This document shows positions 16,152 through 25,831 of a stretch of 56,697 bases of DNA, piece after piece. The stretch comes from a bacterium. GTDB taxonomy: Bacteria > SZUA-182 > DTGQ01 > JAFGSM01. The DNA lies in assembly GCA_049472335.1 (NCBI GenBank), contig JBLIRO010000030.1, positions 1-56,697 on the forward strand, written 5' to 3'. A program made the position numbers and the translations under genes. The notes under the pieces are model-generated. The model did no database searches. It had not been told where the DNA came from and worked only from the letters and a program-made list of their open reading frames with translations. The number at the start of each line of letters is the position of its first letter. The stretch's first letter is position 1.

Positions 16152-18788
16152 ATGCAAAGAAATTTATCTAAAGCTTCGGCCACCTTCCGTTTTATCATTT
16201 GTTCTTTATTTTTCTTAGCTTCATTTGGAGTTATACTCTTATGCTCCAATCCTTTTATTGCCAATAATGCAATGGCCCAGGAAACAAACAGGGAACAGAA
16301 AGCCCTTGAAGAATTCAATTTTAGCATCAGAATAACCTTTGGGGTAAAAGGCATGAAACCCCTTATCTGGGACGGGCGGGCAAGCATTGACAAAGGCAAG
16401 ATTCAGGGAGTCAGGGGGTTCCGGTTTGAGGATGGAGACAGGATCTTCTACACGGAAAATCGCTGGGTATGTTCCATAGGTCGTTTAAAGGGGAGGGAGT
16501 ACGCCAAAGGTATGGGTCATGAGGGACCTATCCGGGAGTTTATCCAAGAGATCATGGCCAAGGGAGTGGAACTTGACATCCTCGCGCCAAAGGATTCCAG
16601 TGTAACCATATCCACTGCAGCGGGAAATTTCTCTTTTTCTCTCTCCAATCTGGTTATGGGAAGGCGGATTGATTTTCTTGAAGGAAATCTTGGGGTTGAG
16701 ATGATTCCTCGTCCCCACACAATACCTAAAAACGGGGAAATACAAAATTATCCGGGTATTGTTTCTGATCCTCAAGGAGATGTATGGCTTGCCTGGATCT
16801 CTTTCGCAAAGGGTTCTGAACGCCTGATGATCTCAAGGTATGCCACCTCCGGCTGGAGCGATCCTAAGAAGCTGGACAGCGGGAATGAGGGCTATCTCAA
16901 TCCCGTTTTGGCATCTATGCCAAACGGAGACATATGGGCCGTATGGCCAAAGAGAGAAAAAAGGGAATGGGACCTGTTCGCGAGGCGCTATAACAAAAAA
17001 AAGGGCAAGTGGTCGGGTATTGTCCGTATGACCAAAAATAAAGGACCGGACGTACATCCTGTTATGGCTCTTGATTCCTCCGGAAGAATCTACCTTTGCT
17101 GGCAAGGATTTGAAGAGGGGAATGAGGAGATATTCCTGCGCATCTATGATAATAAAGAATGGGGTAAGCCTGTCAATGTCTCCCAAAACAAGGGCAATGA
17201 CTGGGAACCTGCTATTGCCATAGATAATCAGGATGGCCTTTTGATAGCCTGGGAAGGATTTAGAGACGGTCTGCACCAGATTTTGACAAAGGAATGGAGA
17301 TGGGAGCAATTATCTTCAGAGCGTGTTATAACATCATCCAAAAATGCGGTTGCCCATGCTTCGGTTGCTTCCGACATTAGCGGCCGTTTTTGGGTTGCAT
17401 GGGATAAAGCAGGATCGGACTGGGGTTTTGGGGAGGAGGAAGAAGAAAGGACAATAGGTGTATATAAATTCGATGAACTGAGCACACAGATAGATTATGA
17501 CAAAGTGGTGATTATGGGACGCAGAGGCCGGTACAACTCCCGCTCCATAAGCCTTATTTGTATCGACAGAGAGGGTGTATACCGTCCGGGCCGTGATCTG
17601 CTTGAAAATTTGTCCGCGCCAATGAAGATGTACACAGACCTCCCGAGACTTCTTACTGATAAGGAAGGAAGGCTGTGGATCCTTTTTCACCACTATGTTG
17701 GAAAGATCCCCTTTTATGTCCATGGCCAACTAATGGAGGTATGGAAGGTCTATGCAATGTATTATGACGGGATCAGATGGAGTGATCCCATTCCCATGCC
17801 TCATAATACATGGAGGCAATTCAGTGGTGTGTCCGTTTGCATCAATCCTGACGGTCATCTTTGGGCAGCATATACACAAGATGACAGGGAGTCAGGTAAT
17901 CGAGAGGTGAAACAGCCGACCCTTTCCGTTTCTTCTTTTGCGCTCCCTCCGGGAGGACAGGTGAGCTTACCTGTAAGCCTCCTGCCGAAAAATTTTATTC
18001 AGAAAGAAGACAAGGGAAGAAACTCAGGGACTGCACCAGTCGCAGACTATCGAACAGACTTGGGGAATCCCAGTTATAAGCTCTTTTGGGGATCCCTTCA
18101 TGATATCCATGATGTCAGGGGCAGAATGAACCTGGATGGCTTTGTAATCGATTCCTTTAAATATGCGATGGATGACTGGGGATATGATTTTATGGGATTG
18201 AAAGATTATGCCTTCCGTGGCGAGGATTGGTTCACAAATAAAAATTATTATTGGTGGGAAACGAAGAAGGCTATTGACCTTTTTTCCGTGGAGAATGAGT
18301 TTCTAAGTTTCTTTTTAGAGGCAAAAAGTCCCTATATCAGGCCAATGGGACATGGGCTCCTTAAAAAAAGGCCCCCTAAAGGCGTGCCTATCATAATGGG
18401 TGTCTATGCCGAGGATCTAACAGAGGATTATATGGTTGAGGCTATTGAAAAACGAAGGCAATATCTTGCGACAGATAAAATCCTGCTTGATTTTTGGGTT
18501 GCAGGCCATCCCATGGGTGACAAGTTTAAATGTTCGGATCGCTTTCCCAAGATGGAGGCAAAGGTAATAGGCACGGCTAAGCTAAAGAGGGTGGACATAC
18601 TCAGAAACGCGGAGTGTATTTACAGTACGGAGCCGAATCAGGAAGCTGTCCGGTTTACCTTTGTGGACACGGGATTGAACCCCGATGAGCCTGGCGAGTA
18701 TCATTATTTTCTTCAGGCTGAGCAGGAAAATGGCCGAATGGCATGGACTCCGCCGGCATGTCTCCACTACTTTCCGGGTTATGATTGA
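16152..18788 (+). CDS. Large secreted protein: beta-propeller-like repeats plus a degenerate DUF3604/PHP-like C-terminus
   Basis: N-terminal signal/TM; repeated P.I..D..G.xW..W blades; C-terminal LFWGSLH, YDFMGL.D, GVYAEDLT...AI..RR.Y.AT and an Ig-like tail ending AWTPP. Confidence 0.55.
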   Translation: MQRNLSKASATFRFIICSLFFLASFGVILLCSNPFIANNAMAQETNREQKALEEFNFSIRITFGVKGMKPLIWDGRASIDKGKIQGVRGFRFEDGDRIFYTENRWVCSIGRLKGREYAKGMGHEGPIREFIQEIMAKGVELDILAPKDSSVTISTAAGNFSFSLSNLVMGRRIDFLEGNLGVEMIPRPHTIPKNGEIQNYPGIVSDPQGDVWLAWISFAKGSERLMISRYATSGWSDPKKLDSGNEGYLNPVLASMPNGDIWAVWPKREKREWDLFARRYNKKKGKWSGIVRMTKNKGPDVHPVMALDSSGRIYLCWQGFEEGNEEIFLRIYDNKEWGKPVNVSQNKGNDWEPAIAIDNQDGLLIAWEGFRDGLHQILTKEWRWEQLSSERVITSSKNAVAHASVASDISGRFWVAWDKAGSDWGFGEEEEERTIGVYKFDELSTQIDYDKVVIMGRRGRYNSRSISLICIDREGVYRPGRDLLENLSAPMKMYTDLPRLLTDKEGRLWILFHHYVGKIPFYVHGQLMEVWKVYAMYYDGIRWSDPIPMPHNTWRQFSGVSVCINPDGHLWAAYTQDDRESGNREVKQPTLSVSSFALPPGGQVSLPVSLLPKNFIQKEDKGRNSGTAPVADYRTDLGNPSYKLFWGSLHDIHDVRGRMNLDGFVIDSFKYAMDDWGYDFMGLKDYAFRGEDWFTNKNYYWWETKKAIDLFSVENEFLSFFLEAKSPYIRPMGHGLLKKRPPKGVPIIMGVYAEDLTEDYMVEAIEKRRQYLATDKILLDFWVAGHPMGDKFKCSDRFPKMEAKVIGTAKLKRVDILRNAECIYSTEPNQEAVRFTFVDTGLNPDEPGEYHYFLQAEQENGRMAWTPPACLHYFPGYD

Positions 18789-18886
18789 TAGAAGGGCCCT
18801 TACAAAAAATGCCAATTTGATGCTTAATATAGTTGAATTAGATAATATTATATTTGAATTGCAAGGTTGAACAAAAGGGCCGGGGC

Positions 18887-18915
18887 TTGACATTTGACAA
18901 TAAATAAAATATAAA
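18887..18915 (+). promoter_or_regulatory. sigma-70-type promoter for the first sigma-54 activator
   Basis: TTGACA (18887-18892), 17 nt, TATAAA (18910-18915). Confidence 0.55.
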
Positions 18916-18968
18916 TTTCATCCAATGACTTAACTTACATTTAAAACTTACTTTAGAGAAAGATAAAA

Positions 18969-20399
18969 ATGAGCACCATTCTGGTTGTTGATGATGATCT
19001 GTATATAAGAGAAATCTTCAAGGAGATTTTATCCAAAGAGGGCCATTTAGTCTATACGGCTGCCACGGGCGAAGCTGGTATACCAATTGTAAAAGAGCAT
19101 CTTCCTGATCTGGTAATCATGGATGTATTTTTACCCGGAATGAATGGAATAGATACTTTTCGAGCAATACGCGAAATCGAACCCAAAATCCCGGTGATTA
19201 TTTTGACCGCTTTCGGCACTACGGATAATGCTATTGAGGCTACAAAACTCGGAGCTTTCGATTACGTGCTTAAACCTTTCCAAATCCCGGACATGCTGGC
19301 TCTTATTGAAAGAGCGATAGAAGCCGGCAGAGTCATACGTTCAAAGGTCGAGATCGACGGAATTCCTCAAACAACGGGCTCTGATGCGATTATTGGGAAA
19401 GACATCTCCATGCAGAATTTGTATAAAAAGATAGGACGCGTAGCGCCAACTGACGCTACGATCCTGATCCGGGGTGAATCAGGGACAGGAAAGGAATTGA
19501 TAGCCCGTGCCATCTATCAGCACAGCCTCAGAGTAAATAAGCCCTTTCTTGTTATCAATTGTGTGGCCATTCCTGAAACCTTGCTTGAAAGCGAGCTGTT
19601 CGGATATGAAAAAGGGGCGTTCACAGGGGCTTTCAGCCGTCGTCTGGGAAAGATCGAACAAGCTAACGGAGGCACTGTATTTCTAGATGAAATCGGAGAC
19701 ATGCCTCTCAGTATACAGGCTAAAATTCTTCGTTTGCTTCAGGAAAAAAACATCGAGCGCCTGGGGGGTAAAGAACCGCTTCCGGTGGATGTAAGGATTA
19801 TTGCAGCCACAAACAGAAATCTTGAAATTGCCCTCGGATTGGGACGTTTCAGGGAAGATCTCTATTATCGGCTCAAGGTTGTTACCTTACAATTGCCTCC
19901 ACTTCGTGAGCGCATTAGTGACGTACCTTTACTGGCTGAATATTTTCTCTCACGATTCATGAAGGAGATGAAGATAGAAAACTTCGGAATAACAGACGAG
20001 GCAAAAAATATCCTTAAAAACTATCATTGGCCGGGCAATATACGCGAGCTGGGCAATATCATACAGAAGGCATTGATCTTTAATCCGGGCGGGCTTATCG
20101 GGCAAAAGGAGATTTCTCAGGCAATCTACGGTGAGAGTGAGAGCAAGGGCTTGCCTGACCAAATTATGAACGAGACTATACGCCAATGGATTCGGAAGAT
20201 AATCGTTTCAAGCTCCGGTGATAATATTTTTGATTATTGCATGGACCATTTCGCAGGGATTCTTATTAGCGAAGCCCTCTCCATAACCGGTGGCAATCAG
20301 GCTCATGCCGCCAGGCTCCTTACTCTTTCCAGGCCAACACTTCATAAAAAAATCGAAAAATACAACATAAAGATCGAGACCTCTGTCACACAGGATTAA
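18969..20399 (+). CDS. Sigma-54-dependent response regulator (REC-AAA+-Fis HTH), copy 1
   Basis: VVDDD/IMDV receiver, [40 protein letters not shown]. Confidence 0.95.
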   Translation: MSTILVVDDDLYIREIFKEILSKEGHLVYTAATGEAGIPIVKEHLPDLVIMDVFLPGMNGIDTFRAIREIEPKIPVIILTAFGTTDNAIEATKLGAFDYVLKPFQIPDMLALIERAIEAGRVIRSKVEIDGIPQTTGSDAIIGKDISMQNLYKKIGRVAPTDATILIRGESGTGKELIARAIYQHSLRVNKPFLVINCVAIPETLLESELFGYEKGAFTGAFSRRLGKIEQANGGTVFLDEIGDMPLSIQAKILRLLQEKNIERLGGKEPLPVDVRIIAATNRNLEIALGLGRFREDLYYRLKVVTLQLPPLRERISDVPLLAEYFLSRFMKEMKIENFGITDEAKNILKNYHWPGNIRELGNIIQKALIFNPGGLIGQKEISQAIYGESESKGLPDQIMNETIRQWIRKIIVSSSGDNIFDYCMDHFAGILISEALSITGGNQAHAARLLTLSRPTLHKKIEKYNIKIETSVTQD

Positions 20400-20489
20400 A
20401 ATTAAAAATCTCGAAACTAAAATTTTCACATCTCATATCTTCGCTGCCAAAAACAAACCTGATTTTTTATTTTTAGAGGCAAAAAGTAA

Positions 20490-20537
20490 AGTAAAAAAAA
20501 TGTTCTTTTTTTTACTATCTGTAAAATAAATTTACAG
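20490..20537. promoter_or_regulatory. Putative bEBP upstream activating sequence, copy 1
   Basis: AGTAAAAAAAA-N5-TTTTTTTTACT (20490-20516) and CTGTAAA-N5-TTTACAG (20519-20537). Confidence 0.6.
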
Positions 20538-20594
20538 TTAGTCCATTCGAATACGAAGTAATGAGTGATATCAGTTTTTCTAAAATCCTTTTTA

Positions 20595-20607
20595 TATCAA
20601 TAAGTTG
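20595..20607 (+). promoter_or_regulatory. IHF-binding site
   Basis: TATCAATAAGTTG matches WATCAANNNNTTR and lies between the UAS and the -24/-12 promoter. Confidence 0.6.
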
Positions 20608-20644
20608 TTTTGATTCTATTCATACTTTATTTTTCTCCTTTACC

Positions 20645-20661
20645 TTGGTATACGATTTGCT
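20645..20661 (+). promoter_or_regulatory. Sigma-54 (-24/-12) promoter, copy 1
   Basis: TTGGTATACGATTTGCT: GG-N10-GC spacing with TTGC. Confidence 0.7.
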
Positions 20662-20842
20662 TTTATACTCTTTTACAAATATAAAATTAAGTCCTAAAAA
20701 TTTGCAGCTTCGATTACAGGTCGATAATAAAAATTCGAAATCTATTAGGGCACAAATTTCAATTCCTCAAAAACTGCAATCTGAATTGAAGGAAATAAAG
20801 TTTTAATTTATGAGCTGGATATTATTAATTTTTTTAATTTTT

Positions 20843-20911
20843 CATCCCCCTTCAAACACCTCCGATTGGATAGCCTTTTAATTTTATGAAAGGCTATCCA
20901 GTCTGGGGGGG
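20843..20911 (+). ncRNA. Conserved C-rich leader plus long hairpin (candidate sRNA/RNA element), copy 1
   Basis: ATCCCCCTTCAAACACCTCC then GATTGGATAGCCTTT-loop-AAAGGCTATCCAGTC; recurs near 25832-25897. Confidence 0.45.
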
Positions 20912-21146
20912 AAGTTAACAGAAAATAAATCTCTTCTGACAAATTGCTATAGTTTTGCTAAACAAAAGGAAAAGCATTATTTGGATGGTTCATTTTCAAC
21001 TTGAAAAATACATTTGCAAACGAAGCGGTTGACAGAATTAATGGTACTATATAAAACAACATCTTCAAGCAGATTTTGGCAATCTAAACTTCTCCTTGCA
21101 AGTTTAACTGATTAATCCAAAACAGTGGACAAAGGGGGGCAATATT

Positions 21147-21344
21147 ATGGCTTCAAATTTCAAAATCTTTGTTTACCAGAGTAAAAAAAATCTAACCCTG
21201 AAACTAGTGGGAGATTTTGATCACTCCTTAGCGGAAAAACTGATCTATGTAGCCAAAAAAAAGTGTAATAACATCCCAAAGGTCTCTATTTATAGCTGTA
21301 AGAAACATCCATTCGAAGGAGAAAGCTATAAGACAATATCTTGA
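21147..21344 (+). CDS. Small STAS/anti-sigma-antagonist-like protein, possibly truncated
   Basis: MASNFKI...NLTLKLVGDFD.S.A..LI resembles the N-terminal half of STAS-like proteins; purine-rich RBS (AAGGGGG); only 65 aa. Confidence 0.45.
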   Translation: MASNFKIFVYQSKKNLTLKLVGDFDHSLAEKLIYVAKKKCNNIPKVSIYSCKKHPFEGESYKTIS

Positions 21345-21434
21345 TATGCATCACGGAATGAGCCAAGAATAGCAGAGAAAGTAAAACATGAGGTAATCAA
21401 TTAAAGCAAGATTGTTTTCAGGAGGAACCCAAAG

Positions 21435-21821
21435 ATGATTACAGTAGAAAATAAAAAAGGAAATATTCTGGTTGTTGATCATAACAAGAAAACAAATTTC
21501 ACACTGTGTAAAATCTTAAAAAAAGAAGGGCATTGGGTAGGTTTCACTCATAATTTCACTAAAGCCATGGACATACTCAATAAAAAAGGTATTAATATTG
21601 TGCTTACAGAGATCGAAATGCCGGGCAGTGACGGTATGACACTCTTGAGAGAGATAAAAAAAGTAAAACCCACGGTTCAGGTCGTTATGATGACAGATAA
21701 CGGAAACATTGATTCTTATTTACAGGCTATGGAATTAGGGGCGTTTGAGTATTTTAATAAACCCATCAAAAACAAAATCCTTTGCAAGGCCATTCAAAAG
21801 GCATTGGTTAATTCCAATTAA
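21435..21821 (+). CDS. Stand-alone receiver-domain protein (atypical)
   Basis: REC fold (ILVVDH, LTEIEMPG.DG, AMELGAFEYFNKP) with an AGGAGG RBS; the phospho-Asp position is Glu. Confidence 0.8.
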   Translation: MITVENKKGNILVVDHNKKTNFTLCKILKKEGHWVGFTHNFTKAMDILNKKGINIVLTEIEMPGSDGMTLLREIKKVKPTVQVVMMTDNGNIDSYLQAMELGAFEYFNKPIKNKILCKAIQKALVNSN

Positions 21822-22192
21822 GACGAACTCCTTCATTGAATTTAGATTATTATAAATCCTTGGCAGGATTATCCATTTTTCCCGTAAGTTCAAATTTTTA
21901 CTATAGTCCATGATATACTTTATAAAATACCCTATAATAATCCTATCACAAATACCTTTGACTTTTTGTTTTTTATTTTTTCTTGCATAAAAGGTTTTTC
22001 CACAGCCAATAAAATCAACATCTTTTTAAAATAAAAGACAATAAAATAACTTAAAGACTTTTTAAAAATAAATTAATTTTGTATTATTTAATAAGGAGCC
22101 CGCGCTTTTAAATTACTTAATGTTGATACAATAATTTTTTAAAATTAAAAATAGATTTTTCAAAAAATTGAATAGCTCACGGAGAAATTGAG

Positions 22193-23629
22193 ATGCGGAA
22201 ACGAATTAGCCTGCGTGATAGGATTATATTGATTCTGATTATTCTATTATCAATAATATTAGGAGGCGGATCAGTTATGATTTGGTATACCTATCGCCTT
22301 GAGGCCCTCTTCTCATACCTTATTGACAAAGAAATGGGTGCACACCGTGTAGTAGATGCTTTGGAAACCGATTTAGCCAATCAAAAGGGATTCGTTAGTT
22401 ATTTTTTTATAGATGGTAATCCTGCCTGGCTTACAGAATTAGAAAAATATCGCCGGAGTTTTGAAGAAAATCTTAAAAAAGCAAAAGAATACACCTTCAC
22501 AAAAACCGATGAAGAGACTGTCAACAAGATAGAATCCGAATATAAAGAATATATCGAGGTTAAGTATCGGGTAATTGATTTATATAAGGCCGGAGAAAAG
22601 GAGGCCGGCGCCCAACTGCATCAGGATGTGCGCACCCTCTATTTTAAAATACTTACTCTATGCGACGATTATAAAAATACATATTTCAATAGAATCAATG
22701 AAATTTGGAATAAGAGCGAGGCAGAGGCCAAACATTTAAGATTTATCGCGGGAACAGCCATGTCCACAGCCGTTCTTTTGAGTTTTTTATTATCATTCAT
22801 TTTGATGGTCCAGGTATTGGGTCCTGTTCGAAGGCTGACACAAGAGATAGACCGGTCAAGCAGTATTGGGACAACTAAAAACGAAGTCGCTACGCTGAGC
22901 AATCAGGTTCACGACTTAATCAAGGATATGGAAAAGTTTGCCCTGGTTGGGAAATTTGCCGCCGGTGTGGCTCACAGTATAAGGAATCCACTAACTTCAG
23001 TAAAAATGCGGCTTTTTTCCATGGAACGTAATATGGAGCTTTCCCCAAATCAAAAAATGGATTTTGAGGTTATTTCTGAGGAAATACGTCATATCAATAA
23101 TATAGTCCAAAATTTTCTCGAATTTTCACGCCCGCCCAAGCTTAAAATGAGAATTACGAGTCCGTCAGATGTTGTTGATGATTCCATAAGGCTTCTTCGG
23201 GACCGTTTAGAATCGTACAATGTTTCTATCAAGCTGGAACGCAAGGAGCGTCTGCCTGAGTTATTGGCAGACCCTGAACAGTTAAAAGAGGTTTTGGTTA
23301 ATTTACTGGTCAACGCCTGTGAAGCCATGGAGGATGGTGGCACTATAACTATTCATGAAGAAGAGGCGCAGGAAAAAAATGAACGTGCTGCAATTATTCG
23401 TTTGATTGACCAGGGCCCGGGAATACCGTTATCAATTCAAGGGAAAATATTTCAGCCCTTTTTTACCTGCAAGGAAGATGGTACAGGTCTTGGTTTAACA
23501 ATTGCTGCAAGAATTATCAATGAACATGGCGGATGTCTGGATTTAAAATCAAGTGAAGGTGAAGGGGCAATATTCACTATCAAGCTTCCGTTAAAAAGGG
23601 AGAAAAATGAGCACAATTCTGATTGTTGA
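22193..23629 (+). CDS. Membrane sensor histidine kinase (periplasmic helical sensor)
   Basis: Two TMs, AHSIRNPL H-box, NLLVNACEAM, DQGPGI, FQPFFT and GTGLGL. Overlaps the next gene. Confidence 0.92.
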   Translation: MRKRISLRDRIILILIILLSIILGGGSVMIWYTYRLEALFSYLIDKEMGAHRVVDALETDLANQKGFVSYFFIDGNPAWLTELEKYRRSFEENLKKAKEYTFTKTDEETVNKIESEYKEYIEVKYRVIDLYKAGEKEAGAQLHQDVRTLYFKILTLCDDYKNTYFNRINEIWNKSEAEAKHLRFIAGTAMSTAVLLSFLLSFILMVQVLGPVRRLTQEIDRSSSIGTTKNEVATLSNQVHDLIKDMEKFALVGKFAAGVAHSIRNPLTSVKMRLFSMERNMELSPNQKMDFEVISEEIRHINNIVQNFLEFSRPPKLKMRITSPSDVVDDSIRLLRDRLESYNVSIKLERKERLPELLADPEQLKEVLVNLLVNACEAMEDGGTITIHEEEAQEKNERAAIIRLIDQGPGIPLSIQGKIFQPFFTCKEDGTGLGLTIAARIINEHGGCLDLKSSEGEGAIFTIKLPLKREKNEHNSDC

Positions 23630-25037
23630 CGATGATTTTCATTTAAGGGAAGGTTTTAAAAAGATCTTAGCAGAGGAGGGTCATCTTGTATATACTGCTT
23701 CTTCCGGTGAAGCAGGGATCTCTTTGTTAAAAAAGCATCATATCGATTTAATCATTATGGATGTGTGTTTGCCAGGTATCAGTGGTCTGGAGACCTTTAG
23801 AGTGGTTAGAAAATTTGACTCCAAAATTCCTGTTGTCATTTTGACAGCCTTTGGAACGACTGAGACCGCTATTGAAGCAACCAAGCTGGGAGCTTTTGAC
23901 TATGTGCTAAAGCCTTTTGAAATTCCCGAGATGTTGAGTCTTATTGAGCGGGCTTTGGAAGCAGGAAGGTTCATCCGCTCAAGGGTTGAAATTGACGGAC
24001 TCCCCAAAAAAACCGGTTCAGATGCAATCGTCGGGAAACATAGCTCTATGCAGGATTTGTACAAAGCAATAGGACGGGTGGCTCCAACTGATGCCACGGT
24101 CTTAATCCGTGGCGAGTCAGGAAGCGGAAAGGAATTGGTAGCCCGGGCTATTTACCAACATGGGCTACGAGTCAATAAACCCTTTATTGTTATAAACTGT
24201 GCGGCAATTCCGGAAACATTGCTTGAAAGCGAGCTTTTCGGTTATGAAAAGGGTGCATTTACAGGGGCCGTCAGCCGCCGATTAGGAAAGATCGAACAGG
24301 CCAATGAGGGCACCGTGTTTCTGGATGAGATTGGAGATATGCCCCTCAGCATTCAGGCCAAGATATTACGTCTGCTTCAGGAAAAAAGTGTCGAACGATT
24401 AGGCGGGAGTACCCTGTTTCCTGTGGATGTTCGTATTATCGCTGCGACTAACAGGGATTTGGAAGCAGCACTTACGACCGGACGCTTTCGGGAAGATCTA
24501 TACTACAGGCTCAAGGTGGTTACACTCTGGCTTCCTCCTCTTCGTGACCGTATAAGCGATGTTCCTATTCTTGCAGAATATTTTCTAGCCCGGTTTGCAA
24601 AGGAGATGAATATAGGAAATTCAAGAATAACGGAGAAGGCAAAAAATATCCTTAAAAATTATCATTGGCCGGGCAATATAAGAGAGTTAAGCAACACCAT
24701 ACAAAAGGCATTAATCTTCAATCCCGGAGGTCCTATCGGGCCGGAAGAAATCTCACAGGCAATTAGTGGTGAGAGCCTGAAAAAGGATATAACTGACCAA
24801 TGCACCAACGAAAAGATCAGGCAGTGGATTCGAAAGGCGGTTGTTTCAGGAATCCGTGAAGATATTTTTGACTATTTCATGGATCATTTTACAAAGATTC
24901 TTATTCACGAAGCCCTGTTAATAACCGGCGGCAACCGTACTAATGCCGCTAAACTTCTCGGTCTTTCACGTCCAACACTTCAGTCCAAAATCGAGAAATA
25001 CAAAATAAAGATAGAAGCCTCTATAAAGAATGAATAA
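23607..25037 (+). CDS. Sigma-54-dependent response regulator, copy 2
   Basis: Same length (476 aa) and motifs as 18969-20399 ([22 protein letters not shown]); coupled to the upstream kinase. Confidence 0.95.
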   Translation: MSTILIVDDDFHLREGFKKILAEEGHLVYTASSGEAGISLLKKHHIDLIIMDVCLPGISGLETFRVVRKFDSKIPVVILTAFGTTETAIEATKLGAFDYVLKPFEIPEMLSLIERALEAGRFIRSRVEIDGLPKKTGSDAIVGKHSSMQDLYKAIGRVAPTDATVLIRGESGSGKELVARAIYQHGLRVNKPFIVINCAAIPETLLESELFGYEKGAFTGAVSRRLGKIEQANEGTVFLDEIGDMPLSIQAKILRLLQEKSVERLGGSTLFPVDVRIIAATNRDLEAALTTGRFREDLYYRLKVVTLWLPPLRDRISDVPILAEYFLARFAKEMNIGNSRITEKAKNILKNYHWPGNIRELSNTIQKALIFNPGGPIGPEEISQAISGESLKKDITDQCTNEKIRQWIRKAVVSGIREDIFDYFMDHFTKILIHEALLITGGNRTNAAKLLGLSRPTLQSKIEKYKIKIEASIKNE

Positions 25038-25127
25038 TTCCGGCTTTCGCTTAAACTTTTTGATCGCTCAAATTGATTTAGTAAAAAAGGTTGTATAATC
25101 CTCCAAAAAAAAGAAAAACTTTTTACG

Positions 25128-25150
25128 AATTGTAAAAAGTTTTTACAATT
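25128..25150. promoter_or_regulatory. Putative bEBP upstream activating sequence, copy 2
   Basis: AATTGTAAAAA-G-TTTTTACAATT perfect palindrome; shares the TGTAAA-N5-TTTACA core with 20520-20536. Confidence 0.65.
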
Positions 25151-25240
25151 ATACTCTGTCGCTCTGATCCGGAATTATTTTTGTGTCTTTTAAAAATCTT
25201 TTCTTTTCAATTGGTTACTTTAATTCTCATTTTTTTTATC

Positions 25241-25256
25241 TGGCACAAACCTTGCT
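25241..25256 (+). promoter_or_regulatory. Sigma-54 (-24/-12) promoter, copy 2
   Basis: TGGCACAAACCTTGCT matches the TGGCAC-N5-TTGC consensus; IHF-like TTTCAATTGGTTA at 25205-25217. Confidence 0.8.
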
Positions 25257-25291
25257 TTATGCTTATTTGTAATTTGAACAAGGAAAGTATC

Positions 25292-25705
25292 ATGAAAGAA
25301 AAATTCACAATTTTAATAGCGGACAGAAACCGAAACATTCGGGAATTTTTACAACGAGAGATGACAGCGGAAGGATATCATGTTTACCTTGCAAAAAATG
25401 GTTGTGAAGTATTAAAGATAATCGATTTTGTTCATCCGGATATTTTAGTCCTGGATCCGGACATACCATATCTGGACGGATTAGAGATTTTAGATCAACT
25501 TCAGCATGAAAACATGTCCATCCCTGTCTTTCTTCATGCCTTCTATAAAGAGAATGAAGATTATACAGGAATTCATAAAGTTACTGCTTTTGTTGAAAAA
25601 AATGGAAACAGTGTTAACCAACTGAAAGCGCTAATTGCCGATACATTAAAGAAGCATTATCCCAGGAGGTTCAGCAGGATTTATAGTATGATGAGTATTA
25701 AGTGA
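25292..25705 (+). CDS. Stand-alone response regulator receiver protein
   Basis: ILIADRN, LVLDPDIP.LDG. Start 25292 lies downstream of the sigma-54 promoter with an AAGGA RBS. Confidence 0.8.
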   Translation: MKEKFTILIADRNRNIREFLQREMTAEGYHVYLAKNGCEVLKIIDFVHPDILVLDPDIPYLDGLEILDQLQHENMSIPVFLHAFYKENEDYTGIHKVTAFVEKNGNSVNQLKALIADTLKKHYPRRFSRIYSMMSIK

Positions 25706-25831
25706 GGATTAAGCGAATCCAAAGATGTTTTTAATGAAAAAAAGGACTTGATTTTATCAGAACAATAAATAACTTTTATTTTTATACGAATTATTGAACG
25801 TATGCATTGTTCAATAATGACATCTTGCTTA

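Noticed and set aside
20561..20806. 81-aa ORF
   Set aside because: It overlaps the IHF site and sigma-54 promoter, has no RBS and has a low-information composition.
25181..25291. N-terminal extension of the receiver ORF
   Set aside because: It spans the sigma-54 promoter; ATG 25292 with an RBS is the better start.
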